Notes: generated by a model from the sequence alone, not told the origin. 64,000 nt of DNA from Candidatus Saccharimonadota bacterium (GCA_028289135.1 JAQGGW010000003.1:2015-66014); one strand, 5' to 3'. Shown: positions 9,830 to 19,064, counted from the stretch's first letter. A program made the numbers and translations.

Positions 9830-9830
9830 T

Positions 9831-10271
9831 TTATTTCTCCTTATTTTCTGCGATTGTGCTGTTTAGTTTTTTCAAAATACCCAAGAAAGTTTTAAGCTCT
9901 GTGTCATCAAGCGTGCCCATGGTCGACTCAAAACTGGCGAGGTAATTATGCCGCACCTGTTCCACCTGTTCTGTGCCTTTTTTAGACAGCAGAATGTGCA
10001 CAATGCGGCGGTCCTGGGTGTCCTGTTCTCGTTTTACCAGACCAAATGTTGCGAGGCCGTCAACCAGCTGCGTCACTGCACCGCTAGAGATTCTTAGTTC
10101 AGCCGCGATCTCCTTTACCGTTAAAGACTTATGCTTTGAGATTAAAAACAAAAGCTGGCCCTGCGCTGGAGGCACATTTGGCCCAAGCGGCGCCGACACG
10201 GAGTGAAAAATTATCCGCTTTAGTTCTGCGAATTCTCCGGCGACTTCTTCGATTAGTTTGTTCTTTGTCAT
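9831..10271 (-). CDS. MarR-family regulator
   Basis: Winged HTH with DRR motif; directly upstream of the MFS gene. Confidence 0.9.
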   Translation of the reverse strand: MTKNKLIEEVAGEFAELKRIIFHSVSAPLGPNVPPAQGQLLFLISKHKSLTVKEIAAELRISSGAVTQLVDGLATFGLVKREQDTQDRRIVHILLSKKGTEQVEQVRHNYLASFESTMGTLDDTELKTFLGILKKLNSTIAENKEK

Positions 10272-10413
10272 ATTTACTGCCTTAATACTTTAGCTACTTA
10301 ACATATTAGCAGCTAACATATTAATAGTCAACACGTTAAGTATTAATGGGGCAGGGAATTATGCCTCCCGAGTAGGATTTTGAGGACTTTTTCTATATAA
10401 TACCTCTGTTCAA

Positions 10414-10488
10414 GCGGGATTCGTATAGCGGCTAATATATAAGTTTTCCAAACTTAGGAGGAGAGTTCGATTCTCTCATCCCGCACCA
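10414..10488 (+). tRNA. tRNA-Gly(UCC)
   Basis: GCGGGAT/ATCCCGC acceptor, TAAGT-TT-TCC-AA-ACTTA anticodon arm, TTCGA, ACCA. Confidence 0.92.
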
Positions 10489-10494
10489 AGTCAC

Positions 10495-10571
10495 GCACCC
10501 GTAGCTCAGCTGGATAGAGCAATGGGCTTCTATCCCACAGGTCGGGGGTTCGAATCCCTCCGGGTGTACCA
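10495..10571 (+). tRNA. tRNA-Arg(UCU)
   Basis: GCACCCG/CGGGTGT acceptor, TGGG-CT-TCT-AT-CCCA, GGTTCGAATCC, ACCA. Confidence 0.95.
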
Positions 10572-10609
10572 ATAAAAAAGTCTCACCGCTAGGTGGGGCT
10601 TTTTTATTG
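10571..10609 (+). terminator. Bidirectional intrinsic terminator
   Basis: aataaaaaagtctcacc-gcta-ggtggggcttttttatt. Confidence 0.75.
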
Positions 10610-10615
10610 GCCGCG

Positions 10616-10745
10616 AGGGATTCAAACGCCTTGGCCAAAAAGGTCGGGGTGAAAAATGCCAGTGGCATTTTGCAAGGAAATCTTCACTTGGCAACTTGTT
10701 GCCAAAGCAGAAGTTTCGGGCTCGCCAAAGGCGAGTTGAATCCCT
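10616..10745. repeat. tRNA-associated multi-hairpin element, copy 1
   Basis: Bounded by perfect 10-bp inverted repeat agggattcaa/ttgaatccct; internal hairpins covary with the copy at 45911-45999. Confidence 0.75.
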
Positions 10746-10820
10746 GATTGTTAACCTAAGAAGTTTATAAAAACGAAGTTTCTGGCCTGCTGAAAGCAGG
10801 TCGAATCCCTACAATATGTT

Positions 10821-11261
10821 CTAAAGACGGATGGCATCACTAGGAAAGCCTTTTTTCATGGCCTTAACAATTGCTTCTTGGAGCTGAGGAGTCCGGAAAG
10901 CGATTTTGGCAAAGGCTTTTTTGTCTATCCATTGGGGTTTATGGATATTCACAGTTAGTTTGTTAAGCTGTGCTTCTTCGGATGCATCATCGAGCGCAAC
11001 ATCGGCGTGCGGCGCGACTTCGCATAGGTATATATACTGCTCGTTGTACGGCGGCTGGTGGTATTCAACAAAAACTAGCTGCGCCGTAGTGATGCTAAGG
11101 CCTGTTTCTTCCATGATTTCGCGGACCAATGCGTCTTCGGGTGTTTCGCCTTCGGCCACACGGCCGCCGACCAATGTGTAGTATTGGCTGCCTTGTTTGT
11201 TACGGTACATAACTAAAACTTTGTCGTTTTCGATAATAATTGCGCGGCTTGCTTGTCCCAT
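10821..11261 (-). CDS. NUDIX hydrolase
   Basis: GGRVAEGETPEDALVREIMEETGL Nudix box. Confidence 0.9.
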   Translation of the reverse strand: MGQASRAIIIENDKVLVMYRNKQGSQYYTLVGGRVAEGETPEDALVREIMEETGLSITTAQLVFVEYHQPPYNEQYIYLCEVAPHADVALDDASEEAQLNKLTVNIHKPQWIDKKAFAKIAFRTPQLQEAIVKAMKKGFPSDAIRL

Positions 11262-11306
11262 AGTGCCTGTATTATACGATGTTTTAGTATATCTTGGTGT
11301 ATTTAG

Positions 11307-12488
11307 TTATTGTCCTGGGTTTAAAATCCCTGCCTGATGGCCACTGCCCGTCTTTTCATTGGTCCTGTTAAAAATTACCGTAAAAGTAGAGCCTTTTTTG
11401 GGAGCGGAACTTACCTTAATCTCGGCACCGTGCAGCATGACTAATTTTTTAACCCAATAAAGCCCCAGCCCGCTGCCGCCGGCAGTTGTGGTGAGCGGGT
11501 TGTTAATACGCGAAAATTTATAAAATAGTTTTGGAATGTCGCGCTTGCTTATCCCCACGCCGGTGTCTTTGACTGAAACTTTAATTTTTGTTTTGGTCTG
11601 CGTTAGCTTTATGGCAATCTTGCCCTTGTCTGGCGTATATTTGTTGGCATTGCTTAGGAGGTTTTCTAACACCATTCTAAGGTGTACAGGGTCCGCCGAG
11701 TAGATAGCCGACTCAACGTTGTGTATGTAGGTGACTTGCTGCTGGGCGGCATTAAACTTATCATTAAAATCCTTTATTATTTCATCGACAAGCAGCACAA
11801 GATCAACGTCTTCTTTTATAATCTTAACGGCGTTTGCTTCTGCCCGCGCTACCCGCAGCAGGTCATTAATAATATTCAGCTGGCGCTCGTTGTTTTCAAA
11901 CGCAGTAGTTAGCATGACCAGCTGGTCTTCCGTTAGACTGCCGGCGTAGCCGCCCATGACCATACTTAAATATTGCTTCACGATTGTGGCGGGCGTTCTA
12001 AGCTCATGCGATGCAATCGAAATAAACTCATCCTTGGCATTTTCTAGCTCAACTTCACTGGTAATATCACGAAAAACTTCAATGGCGCCAATGGGGCTAT
12101 TATTTAAAAGAATCGGTGAAACCGTAACGGCAACCGACATTTTTGTGCCGTCTTTTCTTAAGTACTTAACTTTGTCAAAAACTGGTTTGCCAGTTAAAAA
12201 AACTTCCAGGTTTGGCCGTTCCATGTTGGGGATCAAGTTGCCGCTTTCATCTTCGGCAACAATGGCTTCGGGGTACCATTTGCCGACAAGTTCGCGGGTG
12301 CTGTAACCCAGAAGCTGCAAGGCGATGTTGTTAATGCGTGAAATATTGCCGTGGTTGTCCGTTACAATCGCGCCTTCGCCGATGCTTAAAAACAGCGCTT
12401 CGGCTTCGGCCCGGCCGCGGCGTAACAGCGCAAGGCTAGCATCTTCGGTTAGCGTATCAATGCTCAGATGATTAGCGGGTTTTCTCAT
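11307..12488 (-). CDS. PAS-domain sensor histidine kinase (cytoplasmic)
   Basis: PAS/PAC, SHELRTP H-box, NLLSNANKY N-box, DTGVG and GSGLGL G-boxes. Confidence 0.93.
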   Translation of the reverse strand: MRKPANHLSIDTLTEDASLALLRRGRAEAEALFLSIGEGAIVTDNHGNISRINNIALQLLGYSTRELVGKWYPEAIVAEDESGNLIPNMERPNLEVFLTGKPVFDKVKYLRKDGTKMSVAVTVSPILLNNSPIGAIEVFRDITSEVELENAKDEFISIASHELRTPATIVKQYLSMVMGGYAGSLTEDQLVMLTTAFENNERQLNIINDLLRVARAEANAVKIIKEDVDLVLLVDEIIKDFNDKFNAAQQQVTYIHNVESAIYSADPVHLRMVLENLLSNANKYTPDKGKIAIKLTQTKTKIKVSVKDTGVGISKRDIPKLFYKFSRINNPLTTTAGGSGLGLYWVKKLVMLHGAEIKVSSAPKKGSTFTVIFNRTNEKTGSGHQAGILNPGQ

Positions 12489-12741
12489 CAGACACCGGTT
12501 TACTTACGCCCAGTGACAGTAGATTACTGGTATAAGAAGACACCTCGTGATAGTCGTTAGTCAGCAGCGCGAAGGCAAGTTCGGTCCATTTGGTGAGCTT
12601 TGGCAGATGATTCTTTTTCAAAGATTCAGGGACGATGCCAAGATGCGTGTCAATCTGGCGGCGCAAAAACCGCTCGCCCGCTGGTCCTAAATATTCTTCA
12701 CTAATCTCGACCGCTTGTGTATATATTGAATCTTGGGCCAT
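12472..12741 (-). CDS. Small helical hypothetical protein
   Basis: 89 aa with YLGPAGERF motif; overlaps kinase start. Confidence 0.7.
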   Translation of the reverse strand: MAQDSIYTQAVEISEEYLGPAGERFLRRQIDTHLGIVPESLKKNHLPKLTKWTELAFALLTNDYHEVSSYTSNLLSLGVSKPVSDEKTR

Positions 12742-12744
12742 AAA

Positions 12745-13653
12745 CTAAACTTCTTCTATGAGTTTTAGTTTTTTAGCGCCGCGGGCAACAAGTCCGAATC
12801 CAAGGGCGTTTAGCGCCACCAAAACGTATACCAATATTAAAATTGGCGTTAGGTTTAAGCGGTTCAGCCGGGCGCTAAGCGTTATAAGAATCTGCGACGC
12901 GACTGACAGAATAATAATTGTCGCAATGCCGGTCGCCAACAGCCCCAGAGACTTTTTGTAGATGACACCGCGGATGTTTTGCTTGTATACAAAGAACTTA
13001 ACGGCGGCCAAGATCCCCCGGCACCATATATACAAATACGGTATAGACAGCGTCGCGAGAATTATCCAGTTTGGCAAATAGTATCCTGTATCCCCTGCCG
13101 CGCTAAATGGTCGCGTGGTGATTAGCCAGGTATAAACGCTTGAAGCGATAATAATCCCCGGCAGCGTTAGTGGCGGCCAAGTTACCGGGCGGATTTTTCT
13201 AAGCGTGCTAATTAGCGCCGATGCGCCTTTGTTAATTGTCAGTAGGCCGGCAGCCGGTAAAATAATGTTAAAATAATTTCTTAAAATAGTTGCCGTACTC
13301 TGAAAATTAGGGTTTTTTACGGTAAAATAACTAAGAACCGCTCCAAATACCGCATTGGCTGGCAAACTAAAGGCAATAAATAAAAGCCCTCTTGAGACAA
13401 GCTTGAATGCAATACCTTCTTTGGTGTCTTTAATTACTTTTGAGTAGTCATGAATCCTGACAGAGCCATATAAAGCTGTCAGCCATATAACAACCAAAGG
13501 CACGACGATGGTTAGGGTAAGAAGACGGATTTGAGATTGGTCAATGTGATATTTTGCCGTCGCGCTTGGGTCAGCCGGCGAAAACATTACTATTGCTACG
13601 TACAGCAGCGTTAAAGCTAGGAAGAAATAGATAGTAAGTTTGTTGCGCTTCAT
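12745..13653 (-). CDS. Polytopic (7-8 TM) membrane protein, possible sensor
   Basis: Multiple hydrophobic helices; first gene of the kinase operon. Confidence 0.75.
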   Translation of the reverse strand: MKRNKLTIYFFLALTLLYVAIVMFSPADPSATAKYHIDQSQIRLLTLTIVVPLVVIWLTALYGSVRIHDYSKVIKDTKEGIAFKLVSRGLLFIAFSLPANAVFGAVLSYFTVKNPNFQSTATILRNYFNIILPAAGLLTINKGASALISTLRKIRPVTWPPLTLPGIIIASSVYTWLITTRPFSAAGDTGYYLPNWIILATLSIPYLYIWCRGILAAVKFFVYKQNIRGVIYKKSLGLLATGIATIIILSVASQILITLSARLNRLNLTPILILVYVLVALNALGFGLVARGAKKLKLIEEV

Positions 13654-13848
13654 CTCTTGTCCTTTTTACGGAGTATGCAGGCATTATTATAACCCATGTG
13701 TAAATAGTGCCCAGCATAATCTGCCTAAACTTAGGTTTATAACCATATTTTAGGCGTCGGTATACAGCCCGTTAGTTAGAGAGATGGTTTGTGTTATTTC
13801 ACAGACGCTCTCATTGACATATCCTGTCTATTTTTTAATACTAGACTC

Positions 13849-14343
13849 ATGCCAATAAACAGCTGCCAATTCTGTAAAGCAAACTTCTATGCAAAACCAA
13901 GTCATATAAAAAAGGGCTGGGGCAAATATTGCTCTAAATTGTGCCAGTCTTCGTCAAAAAAGACAGGAAATATGATAGACTGTTTTATTTGCAAAAAGCC
14001 GACATATAAAAATCTAAGAGATCAGCAAAGGTCAGTTAGCAGCAAATTTTTCTGTTCAAAATCTTGCCAAACCATTTGGAGAAACACTCAGTATTCTGGA
14101 GATAAACACAGTAACTGGACGGGAGGTAAGTCTTCGTATAGAGTTGCACTACTACGCAGCAGCTTAAAACAAGCTTGCGGCAAGTGCACGATTACTGACA
14201 AGCGCGTTCTCGCTGTTCATCATAAAGATAAAAATAGATGGAATAATGACCTTTCTAATCTGATGTGGTTATGTCATAATTGTCACTATCTTGTTCACCA
14301 CGATAAGAGAGAGGCTGAAGGCTTTTTGGTGCCTGTAGCTTAG
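13849..14343 (+). CDS. HNH endonuclease with Cys-rich zinc-binding repeats
   Basis: Two CxxC...CSxxC modules, then CxxC...VHHKD..N...NL..LCHNCH; stop codon inside tRNA-His. Confidence 0.85.
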   Translation: MPINSCQFCKANFYAKPSHIKKGWGKYCSKLCQSSSKKTGNMIDCFICKKPTYKNLRDQQRSVSSKFFCSKSCQTIWRNTQYSGDKHSNWTGGKSSYRVALLRSSLKQACGKCTITDKRVLAVHHKDKNRWNNDLSNLMWLCHNCHYLVHHDKREAEGFLVPVA

Positions 14344-14405
14344 CGGTTTAAAGCGTCGGTTTGTGGTACCGAAGATCGAGGGTTCAAATCCCTTTAGGCA
14401 CCCCA
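14328..14405 (+). tRNA. tRNA-His(GUG)
   Basis: G-1 plus GTGCCTG/TAGGCAC acceptor, TCGGT-TT-GTG-GT-ACCGA, GGTTCAAATCC, CCCA. Confidence 0.93.
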
Positions 14406-14408
14406 TAT

Positions 14409-14438
14409 AAAGAGTCGGTCACAATGACCGGCTTTTTT
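14409..14438 (+). terminator. Intrinsic terminator
   Basis: agtcggtca-caa-tgaccggct followed by T tract. Confidence 0.7.
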
Positions 14439-14452
14439 GTTATCATAACTTC

Positions 14453-14989
14453 ATGCCCCACATCCACACAAAACCTGGCCAGCACGACCTAACAGCAAGC
14501 GCCTACATCGTCAGACTCGACAACGTGGATCCGTCGATCATGCTCCACATGCATAAAAAACTCAAAAAATATATGCAGTTTGGCGGGCATGTTGAGCTGC
14601 ATGAAACTCCTTGGCAGACGATCATCCACGAAATAAAAGAAGAGGCTGGCTACAATATTTCACAGCTTAGTTTGCTTCAGCCCGCAAATTCGCTAGCCAA
14701 AGTTAGTAATTCGGTTATTCACCCATATCCGCTTGCCTTAGCGACTTTCAAGTATGGAGACTTGGACCATTATCATACCGATACTGCCTTTGCTTTTGTT
14801 ACCAAGGAGGCGCCGCACCATAAAATTGAAGACGACGAGTCCAAGGACATCCGGCTATTCACCAAAAGAGAATTACTGAATGCGAAAAACGATCTTGTCC
14901 CGGAAAATGTGAAGGAAGTAGCCCTATATGTTTTGGACCACATATTAAAAAATTGGCAAAAAACTGATGCCAATGACTTTGCCAGTTAA
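14453..14989 (+). CDS. NUDIX hydrolase
   Basis: GGHVELHETPWQTIIHEIKEEAG Nudix box. Confidence 0.85.
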   Translation: MPHIHTKPGQHDLTASAYIVRLDNVDPSIMLHMHKKLKKYMQFGGHVELHETPWQTIIHEIKEEAGYNISQLSLLQPANSLAKVSNSVIHPYPLALATFKYGDLDHYHTDTAFAFVTKEAPHHKIEDDESKDIRLFTKRELLNAKNDLVPENVKEVALYVLDHILKNWQKTDANDFAS

Positions 14990-14992
14990 AGC

Positions 14993-15553
14993 CTAGTCTA
15001 CAAAACCGAGCTTGCTATAAACAGCGCTAAAAGTTTCATGGTCATAAAAACTGCTGCTGTATGAAGCCAGCAAGATTTTGCTGCTATGACCAGACACCAA
15101 GAACATGGCCGGGACTAAAAATAAATCGCCGTCGATTGTAGTTTGGTTGTAACCGTGTTCACGAACGGCCTGTAACCAGTAAGGTATCTTCGTAATGCTC
15201 CGGGCAGCCGCAATGACCGAATTTTCCACGCCGTATTTTTTATAAGTCACTTTTTGTTGGTCGGCAATAATCGAAAAAGGCGGTTTGCGGGCATGCCGTT
15301 TATAAATATTTTCTTTGACGTTTTCTGGAGTGGACTGGATAAATGCAATGACTTCGCAGTTATTCTTCTTCAAAAGCGGATACTCCATGGTCAGCCGGTG
15401 CAATGCCAGGTTGCACCATGGGCAGCCTGAGTAGCGCAGGAAAACGATCAGCGTGGATTTTGGACGCTGTTTACTGAGTGTGAACTTTTTGCCCATAACA
15501 TCCTGCACGGTAAAGTCGGGTGCAGCCTGCCCGACCTTAAGAAGATGTTTCAT
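14993..15553 (-). CDS. AhpC/TSA peroxiredoxin-like redoxin
   Basis: GQAAPDF, FLRYSGCPWC, IIAD. Confidence 0.85.
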   Translation of the reverse strand: MKHLLKVGQAAPDFTVQDVMGKKFTLSKQRPKSTLIVFLRYSGCPWCNLALHRLTMEYPLLKKNNCEVIAFIQSTPENVKENIYKRHARKPPFSIIADQQKVTYKKYGVENSVIAAARSITKIPYWLQAVREHGYNQTTIDGDLFLVPAMFLVSGHSSKILLASYSSSFYDHETFSAVYSKLGFVD

Positions 15554-15626
15554 ATGCTTTTAGTATACTTGGCAAAAGAAGTTAACCCTATTTTCTGCTA
15601 TAATATAGTTAAGAAAGAGGTTAAAA

Positions 15627-17477
15627 ATGTTAAAAAAAGTGGCTCGTTTTTTCCGTGATTACAAGCAGTTTGGTTTCGTATTAATTGCAGTTTTAATTAG
15701 CTTGGGGCTCGACCTTGGTGGCAAAGACGTTATTGCGCACTGGATCCTAGCCATTACGGCCGCAATTAGCACTGTGCCGCTTTTATATGGCATGGTCCAA
15801 GACCTCCGCGACGGCAAATATGGGATTGATATTTTGGCGGCCACTGCCATTATCACCTCTGTTATTTTGCACGAATTCTGGACGGGCATTATTATTGTAT
15901 TTATGTTAACCGGCGGCGAATCATTAGAAGATTACGCCGAAAAACGGGCTCGCATTGAGTTGGATTCGCTCCTAAGCCGGGCTCCGAAAGAAGCCCACGT
16001 GCTTCGCGGCCGTAAAGTAATCGACATCGCCATTTCGCAAGTCCATGTTGGCGACAAAGTTATTATCAAGCCCGGCGAGATCGTGCCGGTGGATGGCGTT
16101 ATTTTAGAGGGCGAAAGCTCTTTGGACGAGTCAAGTTTAACAGGCGAAAGTTTGCCTGTCAGCAAAGCCGTTGGTGACCAGCTGCTGAGCGGCGCGCTAA
16201 ACATTGAAGGTGCCATCACCATCCGCGCCAGCCATACCGCCGAAGACAGCCAGTACGAGCAGATTATTAAGCTCGTTAAAAGCGCTTCCAGCACCCAGTC
16301 GCCTTTTGTCCGTCTGACGGACCGCTACGCAATTCCCTTTACCGTCATCTCTTTCGCGATTGCCGGGACAGCTTGGGCCCTAAGCGGCCACGCCCTAAGA
16401 TTCCTGGAAGTTATAGTTGTCGCCACTCCTTGCCCGCTGCTTTTGGCAGCGCCAATCGCACTTATTAGCGGCATGAGCCGGGCCGCAAAACACGGGATTA
16501 TCATCAAGACCGGTTCGGCACTGGAACGCCTTGCCGAAGTAAAAACCATGGCATTCGACAAGACAGGTACGCTTACGCACGGTACCCCAGTTGTTGGTGA
16601 AGTTACAGCCCTCAAGCCGTTTTCTAAGGATGAAGTTTTAAGCAGCGCCGCTTCACTGGAGCAGTCATCCACGCACATTTTAGCCCAGGCAATCGTTGCT
16701 GCTGCGGAGAAAAAACGCTTGCACGTTGTGAAAGCAAAACAAATCCATGAGCATCATGGGCACGGGCTAAACGGCAAAGTCGGCAAACAGGATGTTATCG
16801 TCGGCAAGCTCCAGCACCTCAAAGAACATAAAGTAGAATTTCCTAAAGATTTTTCAAGCGACCTTAAAACCACTGTTACTTTTGTGGCTATTAGCGGCAA
16901 GCTGGCCGGCTACATAAGCTTTAGCGACGAAATCCGTGCCGAGAGCAAACCAATGCTAGACCGCCTGCGCCAGCTTGGTATCAAAAAGTTTTTGATGGTA
17001 ACCGGCGACAACAAGTCCGCTGCGGTTAGCGTCGCTAAACAACTTTCGATTACTGACGTCATTAGCGAGGCATTGCCGGCCGACAAAGTCCGTGCGCTTG
17101 AAGAAGTTTCACCGCGCCCGGTCGCCTTTGTTGGAGACGGCGTTAATGACGCGCCCGTGCTGACTGCATCCGATGTTGGCATCGCGCTTGGCGCCCGTGG
17201 TTCTACAGCAGCTAGCGAATCGGCCGACGTGGTGATTATGCTCGACGATATTGGTAAGGTAACCAAGGCTGTAGAGATTGCCAAAAACACTTTCAGCATT
17301 GCCAAGCAGGCCATTTTGATTGGCATCGGGCTCAGCATTGTGCTCCAGCTGATTTTCTTTACCGGCAAATTTAAGCCAGTTATGGGCGCAATCTTGCAAG
17401 AAGGTGTTGATGTCTCGGTAATATTCATTGCCCTACGCGCCCACGGCAGCTTCAAAAAATCTAAAAGCGGAAAATAG
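15627..17477 (+). CDS. Heavy-metal P1B-type ATPase
   Basis: TGES, TPCPL, DKTGTLT, TGD, GDGVNDAP; no N-terminal HMA domain. Confidence 0.95.
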   Translation: MLKKVARFFRDYKQFGFVLIAVLISLGLDLGGKDVIAHWILAITAAISTVPLLYGMVQDLRDGKYGIDILAATAIITSVILHEFWTGIIIVFMLTGGESLEDYAEKRARIELDSLLSRAPKEAHVLRGRKVIDIAISQVHVGDKVIIKPGEIVPVDGVILEGESSLDESSLTGESLPVSKAVGDQLLSGALNIEGAITIRASHTAEDSQYEQIIKLVKSASSTQSPFVRLTDRYAIPFTVISFAIAGTAWALSGHALRFLEVIVVATPCPLLLAAPIALISGMSRAAKHGIIIKTGSALERLAEVKTMAFDKTGTLTHGTPVVGEVTALKPFSKDEVLSSAASLEQSSTHILAQAIVAAAEKKRLHVVKAKQIHEHHGHGLNGKVGKQDVIVGKLQHLKEHKVEFPKDFSSDLKTTVTFVAISGKLAGYISFSDEIRAESKPMLDRLRQLGIKKFLMVTGDNKSAAVSVAKQLSITDVISEALPADKVRALEEVSPRPVAFVGDGVNDAPVLTASDVGIALGARGSTAASESADVVIMLDDIGKVTKAVEIAKNTFSIAKQAILIGIGLSIVLQLIFFTGKFKPVMGAILQEGVDVSVIFIALRAHGSFKKSKSGK

Positions 17478-18102
17478 CCAACATCCCCAACACAGAAAGC
17501 GGCACGGTAATATTGTCGGTTCCTAAGCCGCTGACGTTTTCTAATGCTGCAGTAACTAGCGGTATGGTGATGAGTGCCGGCAAAAGACGGTAAGTACTGC
17601 CAACGTTGTTTAGATCAATAGCAGCTAGCAGGATTATTAGTGAGATTAAGGCAAACGTAGCAGTTCCTAAAACTGACTTATTGTGCCCCAGAACTTTGTA
17701 AAACTTTTTGCTAAAACGCAGGCCAATTAAAGCCGCCAATCCATCACACAATGAAACGTGTAAAATGGCGATAGTAAACAGCCAAGGCGCAGGATGAATT
17801 AGCGCGCAGATGAGTATGCCGCCAGCAAACAGAAAATCGCCGTATGTCTTACGCTTGATGCTCAGGCCGGCTTTAAAAAAATGATAATGGCTGTTGATTA
17901 GACTCAGACAGATGACGCCAACGCTGCAAAATGCAATCCAGTTGTAACTTAGCCAAAACGGTAACGCGGCCGCGATGCTGCCAGCAAGAATATGTATGAA
18001 TTTCCGGGCGGTTTCGCCTTCCAAGCGTTTTGTACGCCATAAATATTCAGAACTGAATAAAATCAGCAGAACGACTACAGTAGCTAAAATCGCATTAATC
18101 AC
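17461..18102 (-). CDS. Phytol/dolichol-kinase-like membrane protein
   Basis: RKFIHI, DGLAALIG, KSVLGT, DNITVP. Confidence 0.8.
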   Translation of the reverse strand: MINAILATVVVLLILFSSEYLWRTKRLEGETARKFIHILAGSIAAALPFWLSYNWIAFCSVGVICLSLINSHYHFFKAGLSIKRKTYGDFLFAGGILICALIHPAPWLFTIAILHVSLCDGLAALIGLRFSKKFYKVLGHNKSVLGTATFALISLIILLAAIDLNNVGSTYRLLPALITIPLVTAALENVSGLGTDNITVPLSVLGMLAIFRF

Positions 18103-18181
18103 TGAATGGCATTATACGCCCAGTTCAAGGTTTGAATATTATAAATTACACACGCTATACGCCGCGTGTTATAATTACTCT

Positions 18182-18622
18182 ATGAATTTAACTTCACGAG
18201 AAATAGTTGCAATAATACTCTGGTGGGGAGAAGGATCTAAATCCCGAAGGGATATAAGATGGAAAAATACATGGAGTTATCCCGTAGAAATCACAAATAC
18301 TAACCCGCTTATAATAAAAATATTTCTAGACTTTCTGCGCTATGATCTTAAAGTTGACGAAGATCGTATTCGCCTTCAACTACAAATCCACCTAGGAGAT
18401 GACCAGGTTATATTGGAAGAGTTTTGGTCCGAACTTACCAATATTTCGTTGGATAAGTTCCAAAAAACAATTGTAAGACCTACCGGCAAGAAGATAGGCA
18501 AAAGTAAAGGAACATGCAAGATTAGGTTTGTAGATAAGGCCGTATATCAGAAATTAGATTTATTGCTTAAACAAGTGCTTATTGAAGTGCAACAGGATCC
18601 TAATCTACTTACAAGCTTATAA
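18182..18622 (+). CDS. LAGLIDADG-like protein
   Basis: ILWWGEGSK helix, ITNTNP, FWS, GTC.IR; AT-rich; TATAAT just before ATG 18182. Confidence 0.6.
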   Translation: MNLTSREIVAIILWWGEGSKSRRDIRWKNTWSYPVEITNTNPLIIKIFLDFLRYDLKVDEDRIRLQLQIHLGDDQVILEEFWSELTNISLDKFQKTIVRPTGKKIGKSKGTCKIRFVDKAVYQKLDLLLKQVLIEVQQDPNLLTSL

Positions 18623-18671
18623 GAATAATCTACTGTTAATTCGCTGTTTAATCTGTTAATATACCGTGGAT

Positions 18672-18748
18672 CGGGGTGTGGCGCAGCTGGCTAGCGCGGG
18701 CGGTTTGGGACCGTCAGGTCGTAGGTTCGAATCCTATCACCCCGACCA
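18672..18748 (+). tRNA. tRNA-Pro(UGG)
   Basis: CGGGGTG/CACCCCG acceptor, GGCGG-TT-TGG-GA-CCGTC, GGTTCGAATCC, ACCA. Confidence 0.95.
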
Positions 18749-18905
18749 TTTAAAAAGTCCATCATAAAAGATGGACTATTTAAATTGCAGGCAAGAATTG
18801 ATAAACCCAGAATCAGAGAGTTAGCTAAGCTTGGGATGATGTAAATAGGCCGTTTTTTACAGAGACCGCTGGATAATTAACACCGGAAATTGTATAATTA
18901 TAGGG

Positions 18906-19064
18906 ATGAAATATATCTCTATCTTCTTTACGATTCTCTTCATCTGGATAGCAGTCATATTTATGGCTTTTACCCGCAACAACACCAACGAGATTTTTGA
19001 CCTGTATCTTGCCGTGATGGCCAGCACCCTAACTTTGTTTTTAATTGGCTTTGCCAAGAAGTAG
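18906..19064 (+). CDS. 52-aa two-TM protein (not in the ORF track)
   Basis: MKYISIFFTILFIWIAVIFMAFTRNNTNEIFDLYLAVMASTLTLFLIGFAKK*; TATAAT upstream; stop 3 nt before next ATG. Confidence 0.7.
   Translation: MKYISIFFTILFIWIAVIFMAFTRNNTNEIFDLYLAVMASTLTLFLIGFAKK

Noticed and set aside
10285..10345. Repeats upstream of marR (taacatatta twice, ttagcagctaa)
   Set aside because: Probably an ordinary MarR operator; boundaries cannot be fixed by eye
10432..10668. ORFs over tRNAs (10432-10668, 158-385, 1525-1716, 45791-46177)
   Set aside because: They overlap clear tRNA genes and translate tRNA sequence
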